Shown: positions 16,303-32,089 of the stretch, in pieces | Layout: every line of letters begins with the position of its first letter | Numbering within the stretch: position 1 is the first letter of the stretch | Assembly: GCF_009914755.1 (NCBI RefSeq) | Contig: NC_060929.1 | Source of the DNA: the human T2T-CHM13v2.0 reference genome, Homo sapiens | DNA: 64,000 nucleotides | Direction: 5' to 3' (one strand) | The notes under the pieces: generated by a model | Told to the model about the DNA's origin: nothing | The model's input: only the letters and a program-made list of their open reading frames with translations | Database searches by the model: none | Program-made: the position numbers and the translations under genes

Positions 16303-16499
16303 AAAATGATAACAGTCTTCATTCTGGGCGTGGGTGGAAGTGGGTGTGGGTTTTATATCCATGACATCTGCCTCAGTTCTCCTTAGTTCGATTTCTTTAA
16401 TGAAGAGCTTTCTGCGTTTTTTATTTTGTTTTGTTTTTTGTTTGAGCCTGCTGATAAACTGCTTAAGCTTTGTGCCCTGAGGTGGGAAAAGCAGAGAGG

Positions 16500-16860
16500 A
16501 GTTGGTTTCATAACAAACTAACCCACCTCCCCCACGGCATTTTAGCAGTTTAAAACATCAATCACTTTATTATGTTCACAGATTCTGTGGGTTAGGAATT
16601 CAGAAAGGGCATGATGGGGAGGTCTCTTCTGTGTTCCACGATATCTGGGACCTCTGCTGGGGCTGGAGTGGCTGGGGCTGGAGTAGCTCGACTGGGAATG
16701 GCCAGGATTGCAACAGCTGAGGCTGGAGGAACCACTTCCAAGGTGGCTTCTTGGTTCACATTCTGGTACCTGGGCTGGGGTGGCTGAAGGAAGGACTTGC
16801 ATATGGAGCCCTGAGACTGTGTAAGCAGCCCACCTGCCCTGCAGATGCCAGGCTGGAGAG
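16500..16860 (-). mobile_element. MLT1-family MaLR LTR fragment
   Basis: gcagtttaaaaca...ttattatgttcacagattctgtgggttaggaattcagaaagggc is a typical MLT1 motif. Confidence 0.65.
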
Positions 16861-16903
16861 ACCACATATCCATGCTTTCCTTTAAGTTCCAACCTCAGTC
16901 TGC

Positions 16904-17219
<316 letters not shown>

Positions 17220-19703
17220 TGAGGCTCTCGTACTAAGTCATTAACAATAATTTATGTTTTTTTTTCCTTAGTAAAAGTTAATGTGTCAAGAGCATATCCG
17301 ACTTTACCCAATGCTGGTGTTTGTCAAAGCATAAGACTGCTCTGATGGCATGGGACTGGTGTTTGAATACAGCGAGTTTCACAGGGTGCATTGCCTTGGT
17401 TTTGTCCTATGCATCTCTACACGTCAGCCACTTTAGCAAAGAAAGGCTCTGTTCAATCTGGATTTCTTCAGCATGATACTCAAAATACAGAACAACGTGC
17501 GTAACTGGACATAGCAGCTAGCTGCTGAATCTAGCCTCCGTCACTCTGAAGACATGTTCTTAAAAAATAAGAATCTATTAGGAGGATGATGAATTGTTGC
17601 ATTGCCAAGTTATGCACCAGTGAATGCAGTCTCAAATGATTAATATATTTCCTCATTTACTGTTTAGATAGATTGGGCATGTCTACCAGACCCTAGGATG
17701 CATGCAGTCTTAGTTAAGAAGTTAAGAAGTACTGTTCTAAAAAGATGAAGCTGATATTTGGATCCTACAGAGATTTGTTTTCTGTTGTTCTTTGTGTCTT
17801 CACTCCTGGGAAATACAATTACTTCCCAGACAATAGCCTTCCAGCAGCAGTCTTTTTTATTAGATTTACGAATGAAGCTAGACTTGATTAGATGGGTCTT
17901 CTCTAAGATAATTTTAATCAAGGATAAGGTACTAGGAGCTAATGAGGCTTTTGAGCGGTGAGTTGCCTTTGTTAGGCTTCTTTGCTGTCTGAGTTTGAGT
18001 TCACAACAGGCCTGTGTTCCTGAAGGACCCCACAGACTTCAGGTGCACTATTTGGTATCCTCACACAATGCTTCTCTGCATTCTTGGTGTGCTTTATCCT
18101 TTTTACATGTAAGTATGTCTGTTTTCACTGCCATTCTGGGCCTCAGATCTTGTTATTTTTCCCTTGGGAACATGAAGATGCTTCTTGACACTCTTGAGAG
18201 TCAAGTGTTGCCCCCATTTTGAGCATGGACCCTATTCCTGGGCTATTGAAAGGATATAATGTGAATGCTTGATGCCCAAAGAGCCTTCCCACAGTCATCT
18301 ACACATACTGTTCTCCTCTTGTGAAAACCCAGAGCAACCTTTTCGAGACAATTGTACCCTGACTTGTATTTATTTACTTGTTTTCTTGCCTCTGTTCTGC
18401 TGTGGGATTGTAACCTCCTTGAGGGCTGCAAGGAGGAATTTCTCATCTTAATAGACAAACAGTGCCCAGCAGAGATTCTGCAATATGGTAGACACTTGGA
18501 AATCTATGTTAAATAGAAGGGAATTCTGGGTTTCTCCTCATCGACTGGTTTGAACAAGGTCTTTGTCTTCTATGTCCTATTGAGGGGTAACAGAATTGGT
18601 AGCTTCTAGGGGAACTGTTTATAATTTGGTCAGTTTATCTACGAAGAGACATGTATGTGTGATAATTTGGTTATCACTGTAGTTTTTTAGCAAATGGCTT
18701 TGCAGCAGTGGTCCAGTTGGTGAAATACTGTATATATTCAGTGGTAAATCTATTTTTGAAAAGGATATCAACCAACTTTTTTTCCTCCTAGTTTTGCTTT
18801 GCTGGAGGAAGTAAAGATAGCATATTTAGCATTTAACATCCATTCCCATTTATAGAGGGAGTAGTTATCTAAGCTGTCAACTTTCTTTTCAGGGCTTTTT
18901 TCTTGTCTGTAATACATCCAATTATTTAGTTGCATTTTCCCTCCTGCAGTTGTATGCTGGGTATTGGATTTAGTGCTTTGTTTTGATCGAAGTATTTACT
19001 AGAGTAAGTAGATGATGATTAAGATGCCATTCATTTGCTATCTGTTTTAAACGAATAATGATGAGGGATGAAAACAAAACTATAACTGAGGGATAGCCAA
19101 GGAACATCTGGACAATAATTTGTGGCAACCTGTCCATTTTTAATATTTTCTGTGACTCAGAAAACATGATATTATCATTGTAAACAAGGGAAGGGCCTTT
19201 AATTACTACTGGGTAAATGCATCTTTGGAAGAAGTAAAAAAGAAAAAGCCATTTTTGCTGTGCCTTTAGTAATGATCTAGATTTTTAAATGTTTGTATTT
19301 ATTGAATATCAAGACTGTATAAATAAGATGATCTGTCGTGCCGATCTGGAAATTTTGTAATTAAGCCATAATCTTTCAGGATATTGCAAGGTATTATCTT
19401 ACTAGGCGGAATGAAATAGAATATTTGATAATAGGGTTATTTTCCCTGACAATAAATTATTGGCATCATATTACATTTATTATGACAGGGTTGGCAGCTA
19501 GAATGGCAGAACTCACTTTGTTCATCGAGCTGCTTATGGGGAAAAAATGCCTTTTGGATATCTTCAAACCACATGGAAGCTGTCAGTGAGGGTTCCTTGA
19601 ACTCTTTTGTTCAGTTGACATGAATTTGGTCAAAGTAATTAATTATTTGCCAGAAGAGGGTAGCTATGAAGTCTCAATATTTTTTAATATCACAAAGAGA
19701 CTA

Positions 19704-20304
<601 letters not shown>

Positions 20305-21589
20305 GAGACAATTTTTTAAATAATGGAAAAATAAGTTGGCTTGGATTTTAAGGTTTATTCATAAAAATATTAATAAAATGTTTACTTGCAGGTATCAAAA
20401 TAGAAATCTGTGTAACACAGGGCCAGTGCTGAGGCTGAACTACAGACCTAAAGAAATAGAATGTCTGCTTTTTCTGCATTTTAGGAAATAGAAGCCTGTA
20501 TGTTTTGCCCCAAACCATGGTGAGCTGAGCCTTCTGAAATGTTTACAGTTGTGTTAGATCTTTGGCGAGAGTCCTGGAGATCACAATTAGGAGACTTTAA
20601 CTAGAGAGGGGATCATTTAACTTTACATCAGTGGTGCTAACAAGGGTGCTAGTCAGTTGCACATGGTCCCACCCTCCAGTTTAAAAATTTCCTCTTGAAA
20701 GCAGGGTCCCTGCCCCAGAGCTGTTGTTGATACGTGAACTGGGAGTTGACTTCTGTGCCTTGTGTTTGTGTTAATGTTGGCAGGCACCTCTGATCACAGC
20801 CTAAGAGCATGTAAGGTTCTCTGGAAGGATTTGAGGCCTGTAGTCAGAATAAAGTTCCCACTTGCTGCTAAACGGTAAGCACAATGAGCAGTTTCCTGTC
20901 ATTTAACAGGGGAGACAATTATGCTCAGCTACTGTTTTTGATGTATTTGGATTATAGGTCTCCTCCTTTATCTGAAATGTAATAGGATGTGGCACGTTAT
21001 TTGTTGCAGCCCTTTTTGTATCTGGGCAGTGGCTGACCTACTGATCACAGAGTGGTATTTACTTATCAATGAGTTCACGGACTTCGTGGGAGAGAAGTGG
21101 GCTTGCAAAGAGGCTGTGTTGGGTGTGGCAGGCCATGAGGCTGCATGTCCAATAGCAGCATTCCAACATTCCACCAATTTGGCTTGTGAGAGAATCACCA
21201 GACACATAATTACTTGGTCAAACCATTTGAAGCAGATTCATTTCTTGCATCTTAATAATGTACTTTTCCTTAAAGCACGTGGCTGTCTTGGCCAAGCCTG
21301 GCTTGTTCCTTGAGGTGGTATACACAGCAATTTAAGGTGGTCATTCCATCAGTTGAAATGGCTCTGGAGAATTTATCATTTTGGCAGATAGAGGCAAGAA
21401 TCCAAACTTAGGTAACACAACCAAATGCAGTGCAGCAAATATGGAAAAGGTACAGATGCCCTGATTGAAATGATAATCTATGTAGCTGATTGTTCTTTCC
21501 TCAATGTGACGTTATCAGTATTGTTCTTTGCTTGGAACAGAGTGCAGTACACGTTGATATTAGCATTTGTTTTCAGCTGCACCTGTCAC

Positions 21590-22410
21590 CATACTGAATT
21601 TCCAAACATTTTCATTACCTCAAAAAAGAAACCCCTCAGCCCTTAGCCATCATCTCCTAATTTTCCAAACCTACCCCCAGTCCTAGGCAACCCCTAACGT
21701 ACTTGTTCTGTATAGATTTGCCTATTCTGGACATTTCATGTAAGTGGAATCATACATTATACCGTCCTTTGTGTCTGGTTTCATTTAACATTAGTGTATT
21801 ATTCTATTCCCACGCTGCTAATAAAGACATACCTGAGACTGGGCAATTTAGAAGGGAAAGAGGTTTAGTTGACTCACAGTTCACCATGGCTGGGGAGGCC
21901 TCAGGAAACCGACAATCATGGCGGAAGGGGAAGCAAACATGTCCTTCTTCATGCTGGCAGGAAGAAGAAATGCGAGCGAAGGTGGGGAAAAGCCCCTTAT
22001 AAAACCGTCGGATCTCGTGAGAACGCACTCACTATCACGAGGACAGCTTGAGGGTAATGGCTCCCATGATTCCATTACCTCCCACCAGGTTCTACCCACA
22101 ACACATGGGGATTATGGGAACTGCAATTCAAGATACGATTTGGGTGGGGGGCACAGCCAAACCATATCAGTCAGTGTTTTTAAGATTTATTCATATTGTA
22201 GCATATTTGTATTTCACTCCTTTTCATGGAGAAAAAAAATCCCATTGTATGGATATACCACATTTTGTTTATCCATTCCTCAGCTGATGGACTTTTGGGT
22301 AGTTTCTGCTATTTGACTTCTATGAATAGTGCTGCTGTGAACATTCGTGTAGACATTTTTGAGTAGACATATATTTTATTTCTTTTGGGTACATACTGAA
22401 GAGTGGAGAG
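21590..22410 (-). mobile_element. L1MB-like 3' fragment interrupted by a THE1 LTR
   Basis: gatttgcctattctggacatttcatgtaagtggaatcatac ... cccattgtatggatataccacattttgtttatccattc. Confidence 0.8.
21795..22169 (-). mobile_element. THE1 (MaLR) solo LTR
   Basis: tgtatt...gctgctaataaagacatacctgagactggg ... acagccaaaccatatca; about 375 bp. Confidence 0.9.
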
Positions 22411-23251
22411 ACATATTTTGCAGTACTTTTTTTCCTTTCTATCTGGAAGATTGAAGGGGAGTATTCCTTGGTGAGGTGGGCTCTGTCTGTGATAGAGAGG
22501 GCATTAAGTCAGAGGTAGGAATTGCTGATTAGAGTTCCAGGTCAGCGCCTGACTGGCCATGTGTTTGGAAGTTCACTCTGTTTCCTCAGCTGTAGAATGA
22601 AGTAGTTTTATCGGACAATCTTTAAGGTCGCTTCCAAGTTCAAATGTTCCAAGTTCAAACGTTTTCCTGAGTGAGATTGAAAGGCTTTCAAGATATGAAG
22701 GGAAATATTTCAAACAACTTGGACTTTAATATTTATTTATTTAATTAAGTTTTGTGTTTTTAATAAAAATAAATCTTTAAAAATTGTATGGCTATAGAAC
22801 CAACCTTACTCAAATTTGTATTACCCAAGGACATCTACTTTAATATTTCGGTGTATTTCCTGTCGAATTTGCCCCTTTAGGTTGTTTAGTTGTTTATTGG
22901 GCTGTAGTCATGCTCAATGCACAGTTTTCTATGGGGATCCTGTTTTGATTGCCCTTCAGACTGGTCTTGATTTCACTTAATATGCTTCTAACTTTGGTTG
23001 AAGGACCTTTGAAAGTGAAAAGTCTTTTGAGTTAAGTGGTTTTGGTAAAGCCATGATAGTTTTGAAAGTGCAAAGGTGTTTCTGAAAGTATGTTACCTTC
23101 TAGAATAGTCAGTAGAAAGCTTCATATGTAGTAGGCAGAGATAAGGCTGTAAGTGTGTCAGAATCTAATAGTTCCATACCCCAGAGCAGCTAACCCACTT
23201 CTTCCTCCTGTGTTTTGGTGATTTAGAAGCCATCAAAATGCTTATTCCCTT

Positions 23252-23883
23252 TGCTGGGGTTCAGAAGCTGATGCCCCGAACTATGGTGCTTTGACATGCT
23301 GAACCGAGGAAGGAGCCTTGAGACCTCTCGGATCCCCCTTTCCCCACTTCTCCGTCTGCCCCAAAGCACAGGATAAAATTGTTCTCTGAAGTTCCCTTAT
23401 CTGCCTAAAGTCCAGACCTGCTGAAGAAGAAAACAATTACTTCTGGTCACTTTCCTGAGTTTTCATTAACTGAACACATGTCTCAGAAAGAAAGATTCCA
23501 AGTCCATCAACACACTTTTATAGACTTGTCACAAACCATTGTCTGTTCTGCGGGCCCACGAGACATTGTCCCAGGCCATTGTATGTTCCTCGAGTCCATG
23601 GCATTCTCCTAAAAATGGTTTACTAACCCCCTAAAATAAGCCTCACTTCCCCATCTCCCTTTCTCCTCAGAAGGGTATATAACCATTAACCATCTGTACC
23701 TCATTGCGTGGTGGAGTAATCACTGTGTGATCCGCCTGCCTCCGTACACATTTATAAATGTGTATATGCCTCTTCTCCTGTTAACCTTCCTTTTGTTAGA
23801 TGTGGCTTCTCATTCGGGAGGGGGTGTAGCTTTCAGGAAACCTGCAGAAGGTGAAGGGGAGGAGTTTTCCCTTGGCCTCTACA
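23252..23883 (+). mobile_element. MER39-like ERV1 solo LTR
   Basis: TG...CA termini: tgctggggttcagaagctgatgccccgaactatggtgctttgacatgctgaa ... ttttcccttggcctctaca. TATA-like gggtatataa at about 23673. Confidence 0.75.
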
Positions 23884-24538
23884 CTTTCATAATGCTCAAA
23901 AAGTTTCTGATTGTGGTTTCAAATTATTTCCTGTGTTGGAGGAAGGTTGAACTTGTTTTTCTTTTTGCCTACTTTCTGGTTTTCAAGCTCAGCAACTTCA
24001 TTAACTTTTCTAGCTCCTGAGAGACCACTCTGTGCAGTGAAGCAGGCTCTTCTGCCCTGAGGAAGGGGTTCATTCTTTCCCAGGGACCCTCTCCCTGGAG
24101 CTGCCTTGAGGCCAGAACACCTCCACACTGGCACCAAGTGTTTAGAGAGCCCTATTGTCAGCTGCCCCGGGATGTCATTTTTTCCTTCATGGTGAGGGTT
24201 AGTTGGCCATATACTCCCTCGCTTTCTTTTTTCCATTAAGAAAAATTCACGCCAACAAACTCAACTTTCTCAGGGTGGTCCTTGCATTTATGGTAAATAT
24301 TGAAGGCTGATTTAGGACGAGGAAAGTGAACTATTCAGATCAGCTGCCCCTCCACGATAACTGCTTGACTTGCTCACCTAATCGCAGGTGCAACTGAGAC
24401 AGAAGGATAACCATGTATTGTTCTTCAAAGGAGTGACCTCATCCATGGAGGAGTCACCTAGTAAATGCAAAATGCTGAGCAAGCAGATCCGATGCAGCTT
24501 CTCATTTGGGAGGGGGTGAACTGAAGAGAGAGACGTGA

Positions 24539-25173
<635 letters not shown>

Positions 25174-25739
25174 TAATTTAGCTTTTCAGCTAAACTGTAA
25201 TCTTCTTAAGATCAGTATATGTGTGTCTATAAAATACATACCAGCATGACACTTTCAAAAATAAGATGGTTGATAAAATAATGGATAAAATGGATTCCTC
25301 CCCTCTTCCTTCTCTTCTTCCCTCCCTCCTTCCTCTCCCTTTTGTAGCACCTCCTGTCTCTTAGGCTGCTGATTTAATATTAGAAATGAGAACAGAAATG
25401 GCTAGGGTGGCATCTAGAACCATTATAAAATTCAAGGGCAGAATAGAATTTTGTAGACTTGATGATTTTTTGGAAATTTATTTTCTGGACATACTTCTTA
25501 TCTATACAGGCTCCAGCCCATCTATTTCTTCCTTTCCGTGTGATCCATCCTTTTGTGGTTGATTGTCTCAGCAAGTAGAACTTCAAGTCAGAGTCCTGGG
25601 TTTTGGACTCATGATCTGGTTGGCTTTGCCACATAGATAGCTTTCACAACAGAGACTCACAACAGAGTGTGGCAGACCAGTGGGAGTCCACTACTACCCC
25701 TGGGCCTGCAGCTGAGAGCACATGCCCTGATGGGTTGTG

Positions 25740-25890
25740 GGTGATTGTCCTGCCTCTTTCAGCCTGTTTCCTCATCTGTAAAAGGGGAATAAATTATGGG
25801 CTCATGACGAGAACTCGATGAGAAAATGCAGGATGGATCTCAGAACAATGCCTGCCATATATTAAGCACTGAGTGGATATGTAACCATTT
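25740..25890 (+). mobile_element. MIR
   Basis: gcctgtttcctcatctgtaaaaggggaataa core. Confidence 0.65.
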
Positions 25891-26506
25891 TCATGCCTAG
25901 ATAGGCAGTTAATGAATATCATCATATACTGCCCAGGTTAGTGAACTTCCCTTATACCCTGAGAGCAGATGTAAGCTTCTAGAGGGTAGGAGCCATCAAC
26001 TGCCTAGAATGTCCAGATATAGCATCACATATGGGGCCACTCAGTCGCTAAAATTGTGATGTGAGTGTTGTTCAGTAGCTTATTATCATGTCTGTCAGAT
26101 GGAGCATCACATCAGACTTGGCAAACATGAGGAGCAAATATCCCTAAAGCAAGTCTAAAAACAAACTTCCATAAACCAAGTTATTCATGTCTTTCATCTG
26201 TTCTTGAGAATCTCCACCAATGGAGTAACCCAAAAGTCAAATAAAAAATTGTATATACCAAGATTTATAAGGAATAATTAAAAACCTTCCAAATGTTAAA
26301 ATAGGCAAATGTAATTTAAGTAAATATTTAAGTAGTATATCATTTCTGTGTAACATTATGTACACTTTATAAACGTTTACTACAGTTTTAAGTAATATGG
26401 AAAAATTCTTAAGTTATCATGTGACCTGAAAACTATGCTGGAATAGCATTGCATATGCAGCATGAGCATGACTGTATTAAAATGGTTTTAGAAAATAGAT
26501 TGGAGA

Positions 26507-26800
26507 GGCCGGGTGCGGTGGCTCACACCTGTAATCCCAGCACTTTGGGAGGCAGAGGCGGGCGGATCACAAGGTCAGGAGTTCGAGAGCAGCCTGGCCA
26601 ATATGGTGAAACCTCGTTTCTATGAAAATGCAAAAATTAGCCGGGCATGGGGTTGGGTGCCTGTAGTTCCAGCTACTCGGGAAGCTGAGGCAGGAGAATT
26701 GCTTGAATCCTGGAGGTAGGTTGCAGTGAGCTGAGATCGTGCCACTGTACTCCAGCCTGAGTGACAGAGTGAGATTTCATCTCAAAAAAAAAAAAAGAAA
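26507..26800 (+). mobile_element. AluSg/Sc-like
   Basis: Full Alu; TSD agaaaatagatt(g/t)gaga. Confidence 0.94.
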
Positions 26801-27984
26801 AAGAAAATAGATTTGAGAGCTATACATCAAGATTTAACAGTGGTTGTCTTTGGATGATGGTAGGATTATGAATGAATTTTCCTCTCTAATTTTGCCTCTC
26901 TGTATTTTCCGTATTTATATATGTGTATTATTTTCACGGACGAAAAACTCAAACTTTTTCTTAAGAGGGAAATAATGTGCATAGATGGTGGACAGAAGCC
27001 ATGGTATTTGGCTTGTATTTTTACAATGAAAAAAGGCCAAATGTGTAAGGCACAGAACTGAATTATTTGTTATGTATGAGAAGAGTGTGGTGTGAGCTCA
27101 ATGAAAAACGCATTACTCTGGAGAGTTCGAGAGAAGTTTTGCTTTTTGAAGATTTTTGGAGAAGCAGCAAAAATGTAAAGTTCTAGGTAGTGCACATGAG
27201 CAAGTGCCAATTTTCTTTTCCAGCACCGAAGTTTGGTATTCTTAGCCATTCTGATTTTGGGTGATTTGAGACTGTCATTTTCTTCTAAAAGTCTGACAGC
27301 TGTAAGCTTTCAGCTATCAGCAAATGAGGTGAAAATGTATTTTTAATATTAAAAGTCTTCTTAGGGAAAGAGGCCCAGCAAAACCATCATTAGTAGTCAC
27401 ATTCAGGCAACATGGTAAGTGCCCTTCCTAATCCTGCGCCTGTGGTTTTTAATAGCCAGACATGTCCACCAGATGTGCTTCATGTTCTTTTATTTACATA
27501 AATGTTTCCAGTAACTCATTGTATATTTTTCTACTTCTAAATAAATGCATACCAAATAGCTCTCTTTTTCACATTGCTATGTTGCAGCATTGCGTTTGTA
27601 TGTTTTAAAGCAGGAAAATGTTCAGTAAGCCCTGAATATTTTTCACATCTTTACTGCACATAGGACTGTTGACATATTTAAGATGTATGTGGTATACTCA
27701 TTATGGCTAATTTGAAAAATGCACAAAATATATGGATAAGAAGATAAAAGTTACTCAGAGGTAACCACTAAATTCATTTTGGTATATTTACTTCCAGTTA
27801 CTTTTATGAATACTTTTTCATAAATGTTACTGATTCTGTATTTTTTCTCTAGCTTACTATTTTTTTTTATTGCCTGTCCTATTTATGTTGGTACATGTAG
27901 ATCTAACTCATTCTTTGAAACTATTTATTCATGATATGACTGTGTTATAGTTTATTTAGCTATCGCTTTATTGGTACACATTTA

Positions 27985-28409
<425 letters not shown>

Positions 28410-29083
28410 TTACTTGGAATTGGCATTTACATAACTTACATTTTCCTCATTTAGCATGTGCTTTCAGTATTTTTCTTTATCCATTTGCAAACATACACAT
28501 TATATATACATAGACATTATATATATTTCTTTTTCTTTTAGAGTAAAGGGTCAGTTCAAAATTGCTCAAAATCTTGCTTTTTGTCACCTATTGACATAAA
28601 TGCAGAAGCTCTACAACGTTGCTGGTGGCCTGAACTTTTATAGCAGATCCATGATGCCTGGAGCTATGACCGTGAACTTGTCTTCGAGCATCCCAGCTTT
28701 TAAAAGCTTTACATTTTGTTATTATTTCAAACATCAGGAAAACTGCAAGAGTAGTACAAAGAACTTGTTACGTCCTTAATCCAGATTTCCTAGTTATGAG
28801 CATTTTACCCCATTTGCCTTTATACTCTCTGTCTGTATAAACTTGTAATTTTTTTCTTGACCTTATTTACTTGGGTATGATGCTATCTGCCAGAGCTCTC
28901 CATGATAAAGTGATTTTTTTTTCTGTGGAATTAATAGTAATTTATGGGGAGATTCATTCATGTTGTTGTACGTATCAGTAGTTATTTTTCTTGCTGAACA
29001 GTTTTCCAGTGCATTAACATACCACATATCATTTATTTACCTGATGATAGATACTTGGGATTTTGCTAGACACGGAGACATTT

Positions 29084-29310
29084 ACATCCAGCAGATCTCT
29101 GCCTCAGAGAAGGAGTTGCTCCCCAGCCGTAGCGTGTGGTCAGTAGACGGAATCTAGACGGCGTCTGTCGGCGCCTTCAGAGTCACTACAGCTGTAGAGA
29201 GCTACCTTGTCCAAGGTTATGCCCTTCCTGAGGCAGCCCACATTCAGTGCCTGAGTGAGGGGTGATGTAAAGGTCCAGCCACTTCAGACTGAGGTGGGAC
29301 AACTCCGACG
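29084..29310 (+). mobile_element. LTR16-family ERVL LTR (5' part)
   Basis: cagctgtagagagctaccttgtccaaggttatgcccttcctgaggcagcccacattcagtg ... gggacaactc. Confidence 0.65.
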
Positions 29311-29379
29311 CAGTTTTTACTATTCACCTCCATAGCATCCACCACTGTTAGAACAGCACCCCTTTCTCAGCGAACACTT

Positions 29380-29700
29380 ATTGCTGTCTAGGGGATCCTG
29401 TACAAGCAGAGGAGGCACAAGGAAAAAGCCCAAGCTTGGGTTATGGATGGCTCAGCTCAATATGGCCTTGAAAGACTGTGTGTGACAAGGTCGTGCACCT
29501 GGTCATCCACTTTGGGTGGGAAGAAAAGCTGCCTGATGTTCAAGTACATACAGAAGCAAGGCAGTGGTGAATAGCCTGGCTGGAATCAGGGGATTGGAAG
29601 GAAAGGGACTCAAAGTTTGGAGACAACAGATTTGGGAAGAAGCATATGAATGGACATATAGGAGCAGGCCCCAAATACGGTAATGGCTGCAACACCCCCA
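29380..29700 (+). mobile_element. ERVL (ERV3-16A3-like) pol RNase H remnant
   Basis: caagcttgggttatggatggctcagctcaatat translates to QAWVMDGSAQY (cf. AWFTDGS). Degenerate YTDS..AV.N.LAG and 'GDKEIWG' segments follow. Confidence 0.65.
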
Positions 29701-30369
29701 CAGAGTTTTAAGACACTCTATATTCTGTTATTTTCCTCTGAAGAGTGTTCATTTTAACTCTAGCAGGCAGTTTACTTGGCTGACTCAGTCTCCAAACTCT
29801 GTCTTTCCTATAGTAGGTAGCAGCTGAAATCTTTGATCAGTTTTTCAGTCTTCCAGCTCTTGCTTTCTACTGGGTTCCTTGGAACTTCCCTTCACAATTC
29901 AGGGTCCAGCCAAAGATTTGAGCAAAGTTTCTAAGGCAGATTTTAGGACATCCTCTCTGCGATTCCCACCTTTTTCCATACTTTCTCCCTTAATTTCTGT
30001 TACTCGGACATATCTCAGTTCTGTCCTCAGTTATTCCTCAGACCAGTGAAACTGTGGCTTTCTGCTTGACTTGTGGCTGTGCCACACCACCTGGGCTGTG
30101 GTGTGCCCTCATGCGAAAAGCTATATAGACACGGAGCTCATGCACAATTCCCTTCTTTCAACAATCAAATCCTCTCTTGAATTTTGTTGTCAAATAGTTA
30201 TATATGTTGTCCCAAATATATTTGTTATATATATATATATATGTTATGCTATGTATTATGTTGTGTATGTGTATATATATATGTTATTCTAAATATATGT
30301 ATGTTGTATGTATTATCCCAGATTTCTAATTGTTTTCTACTAGAGAGTTAGTGAAAGCTACTATTACTG

Positions 30370-30840
30370 GAACTAGAAACTTATTTAAAATTCTAATAGA
30401 TATTATCAAATGACTCTCTGCAGTTGGTGTTATCAGTGTTCTCTTACCAGTGTTGTATCGGTGTTCCCATTTCCCCATGTTCAATAATAATTTTGTAAAG
30501 CTGTTATCATAGTACCCTGTCTGATGGGTGACAATGTTTTGATTGGCTTTTCTCTAAATTCTAGTGAGAGTGAGAATGTTTTTATACTCATTAGAAAGTT
30601 CTATTTTTTATTTTGTAACTTGCCTACTTATAGTTTTGCCCATTTTCCTATGGATCGTCTTTTTTTTATTGATTATATATGTGGATAATAATCAGTTAAC
30701 CCTTACATTGGAAATAACTTCTTGTGGTCTATTTTCAACTTTGTTCATGGTGTATTTTATCCTACAAAAGTTTTACATTTTTATGTAAAATTTCTCTTTT
30801 ATGTCTTCTGCTTCCTTATGCTAGTGCTTTTCTAGACATA
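30370..30840 (-). mobile_element. Ancient L1ME fragment
   Basis: T-rich antisense L1 ORF2 3' motifs (gtgttcccatttccccatg, agttttgcccattttcctat). Confidence 0.55.
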
Positions 30841-30868
30841 TTATTATTTACAGAATTTGTTTCATACT

Positions 30869-31224
30869 TGTATTAGTCTGTTTTCACACTGCTGATGAAG
30901 ACACACCCAAGACTGGGCAATTTACAAAAGAAAGAGGTTTAATGGACTCACAGTTCCACATGACTGGGAAAGCCTCACAATCATGGCAGAAGGCAAGGAG
31001 GAGCAAATCACATCTTATGTGGATGGTGGCAGGCAAAAGATGAGAGCTTGTGCAGAAGAATGCCTCCTTTTAAAACCATCAGATCTCGCGAAACTTATCC
31101 ATTGTCACAAGAACAGCACAGGAAAGACTTGCCCCCATGATTCAGTTACCTCCCACTAGGTCCCTCCCACAACACGTGGGAATTCAAGATGAGATTTGGG
31201 TTGGGAAACAGCCAAACCACATCA
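30869..31224 (-). mobile_element. THE1 solo LTR
   Basis: tgtattagtctgttttcacactgctgatgaagacacacccaagactggg ... acagccaaaccacatca. Confidence 0.9.
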
Positions 31225-31547
31225 ACACCCAGTCACCAAACCCTGTATTCCCTGTGGTGGGCAGCAACTGAAATGTGCTAATATGATATTTTACAACTTG
31301 CTTTAAAACTTATTAAAATAAGGAATGTTCCTATGAAGAATCCTGAAAATATTCTTAGGGAGCATGATTATTAATTTAGTTGCTCAGGGTATTCCAGTAT
31401 AAATATTCCACAGTTTATTTAACTTGTCTCCTATTGTTGGACATTTTTATTATTATTAATGATGCTAAGAACATTCTTGTACATAGTCATTATATATATT
31501 TCCAAATATTTTATTGGTATAGATTCCTCTATAAAAATGAGAATTAT

Positions 31548-31714
31548 TTATTTATGTATTTATTTTTGAGACAGGGTCACATTCTGTTGCCCAGGTTGGA
31601 GTGCAGTGGCATAGTCACGACTCACTGTATCCTTGACCTCCCGGACTCAAGCAGTCCTCCAACATCAGCCTCCCAAAGTGTTGGATTACAGGTGTGAGCT
31701 ACTGAGCTTAGCCT
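31548..31714 (-). mobile_element. Monomer-length Alu (FAM/FRAM-like or internally deleted AluJ)
   Basis: Right-arm sequence joins directly to the left-arm end cctcccaaagtgttggattacaggtgtgagc. Confidence 0.8.
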
Positions 31715-31842
31715 GGGGATCTTTTAAAGCCTGTCATACAGATTGCCAACCATCTTCACAAAGATGGTAGCCATTTTTATTTCAATCGGCACACTACACT
31801 TTCCAACTCTAGATTTTATTATTTTTAAAAAGTTGTAATTTG

Positions 31843-32089
31843 ACTGTAATAAACATACGTGTGCATGTGTCTTTATAGTAGAATGATTTATAATCCTTTG
31901 GGTATATAGCCAGTAATGGGATTGCTGGGTCAAATGGTATTTCTGGTTCTAGATCCTTGAGGAATCGCCACACTGTCTTCTGCAGTGGTTGAACTAATTT
32001 AGAATCCCAGAACTTAAAGTAAAATTAAAAAACCAATAATAAATAAATAAATAATAAACAAAGGAATCAGCTCAAAGAGCTATTTATAA
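31843..32089 (+). mobile_element. Short 5'-inverted L1PA (L1PA7/8-like) insertion with 16-bp TSD
   Basis: TSD aaaaagttgtaatttg at 31827-31842 and 32090-32105. Antisense L1 ORF2 segment followed by sense cccagaacttaaagtaaaat and an A-rich tail. Confidence 0.85.

Noticed and set aside
17513-17526. 14-bp perfect palindrome agcagctagctgct
   Set aside because: A few 7-bp-arm palindromes are expected by chance in 64 kb.
22632-22661. 15-bp tandem duplication ttccaagttcaaa(t/c)g
   Set aside because: Ordinary micro-duplication.
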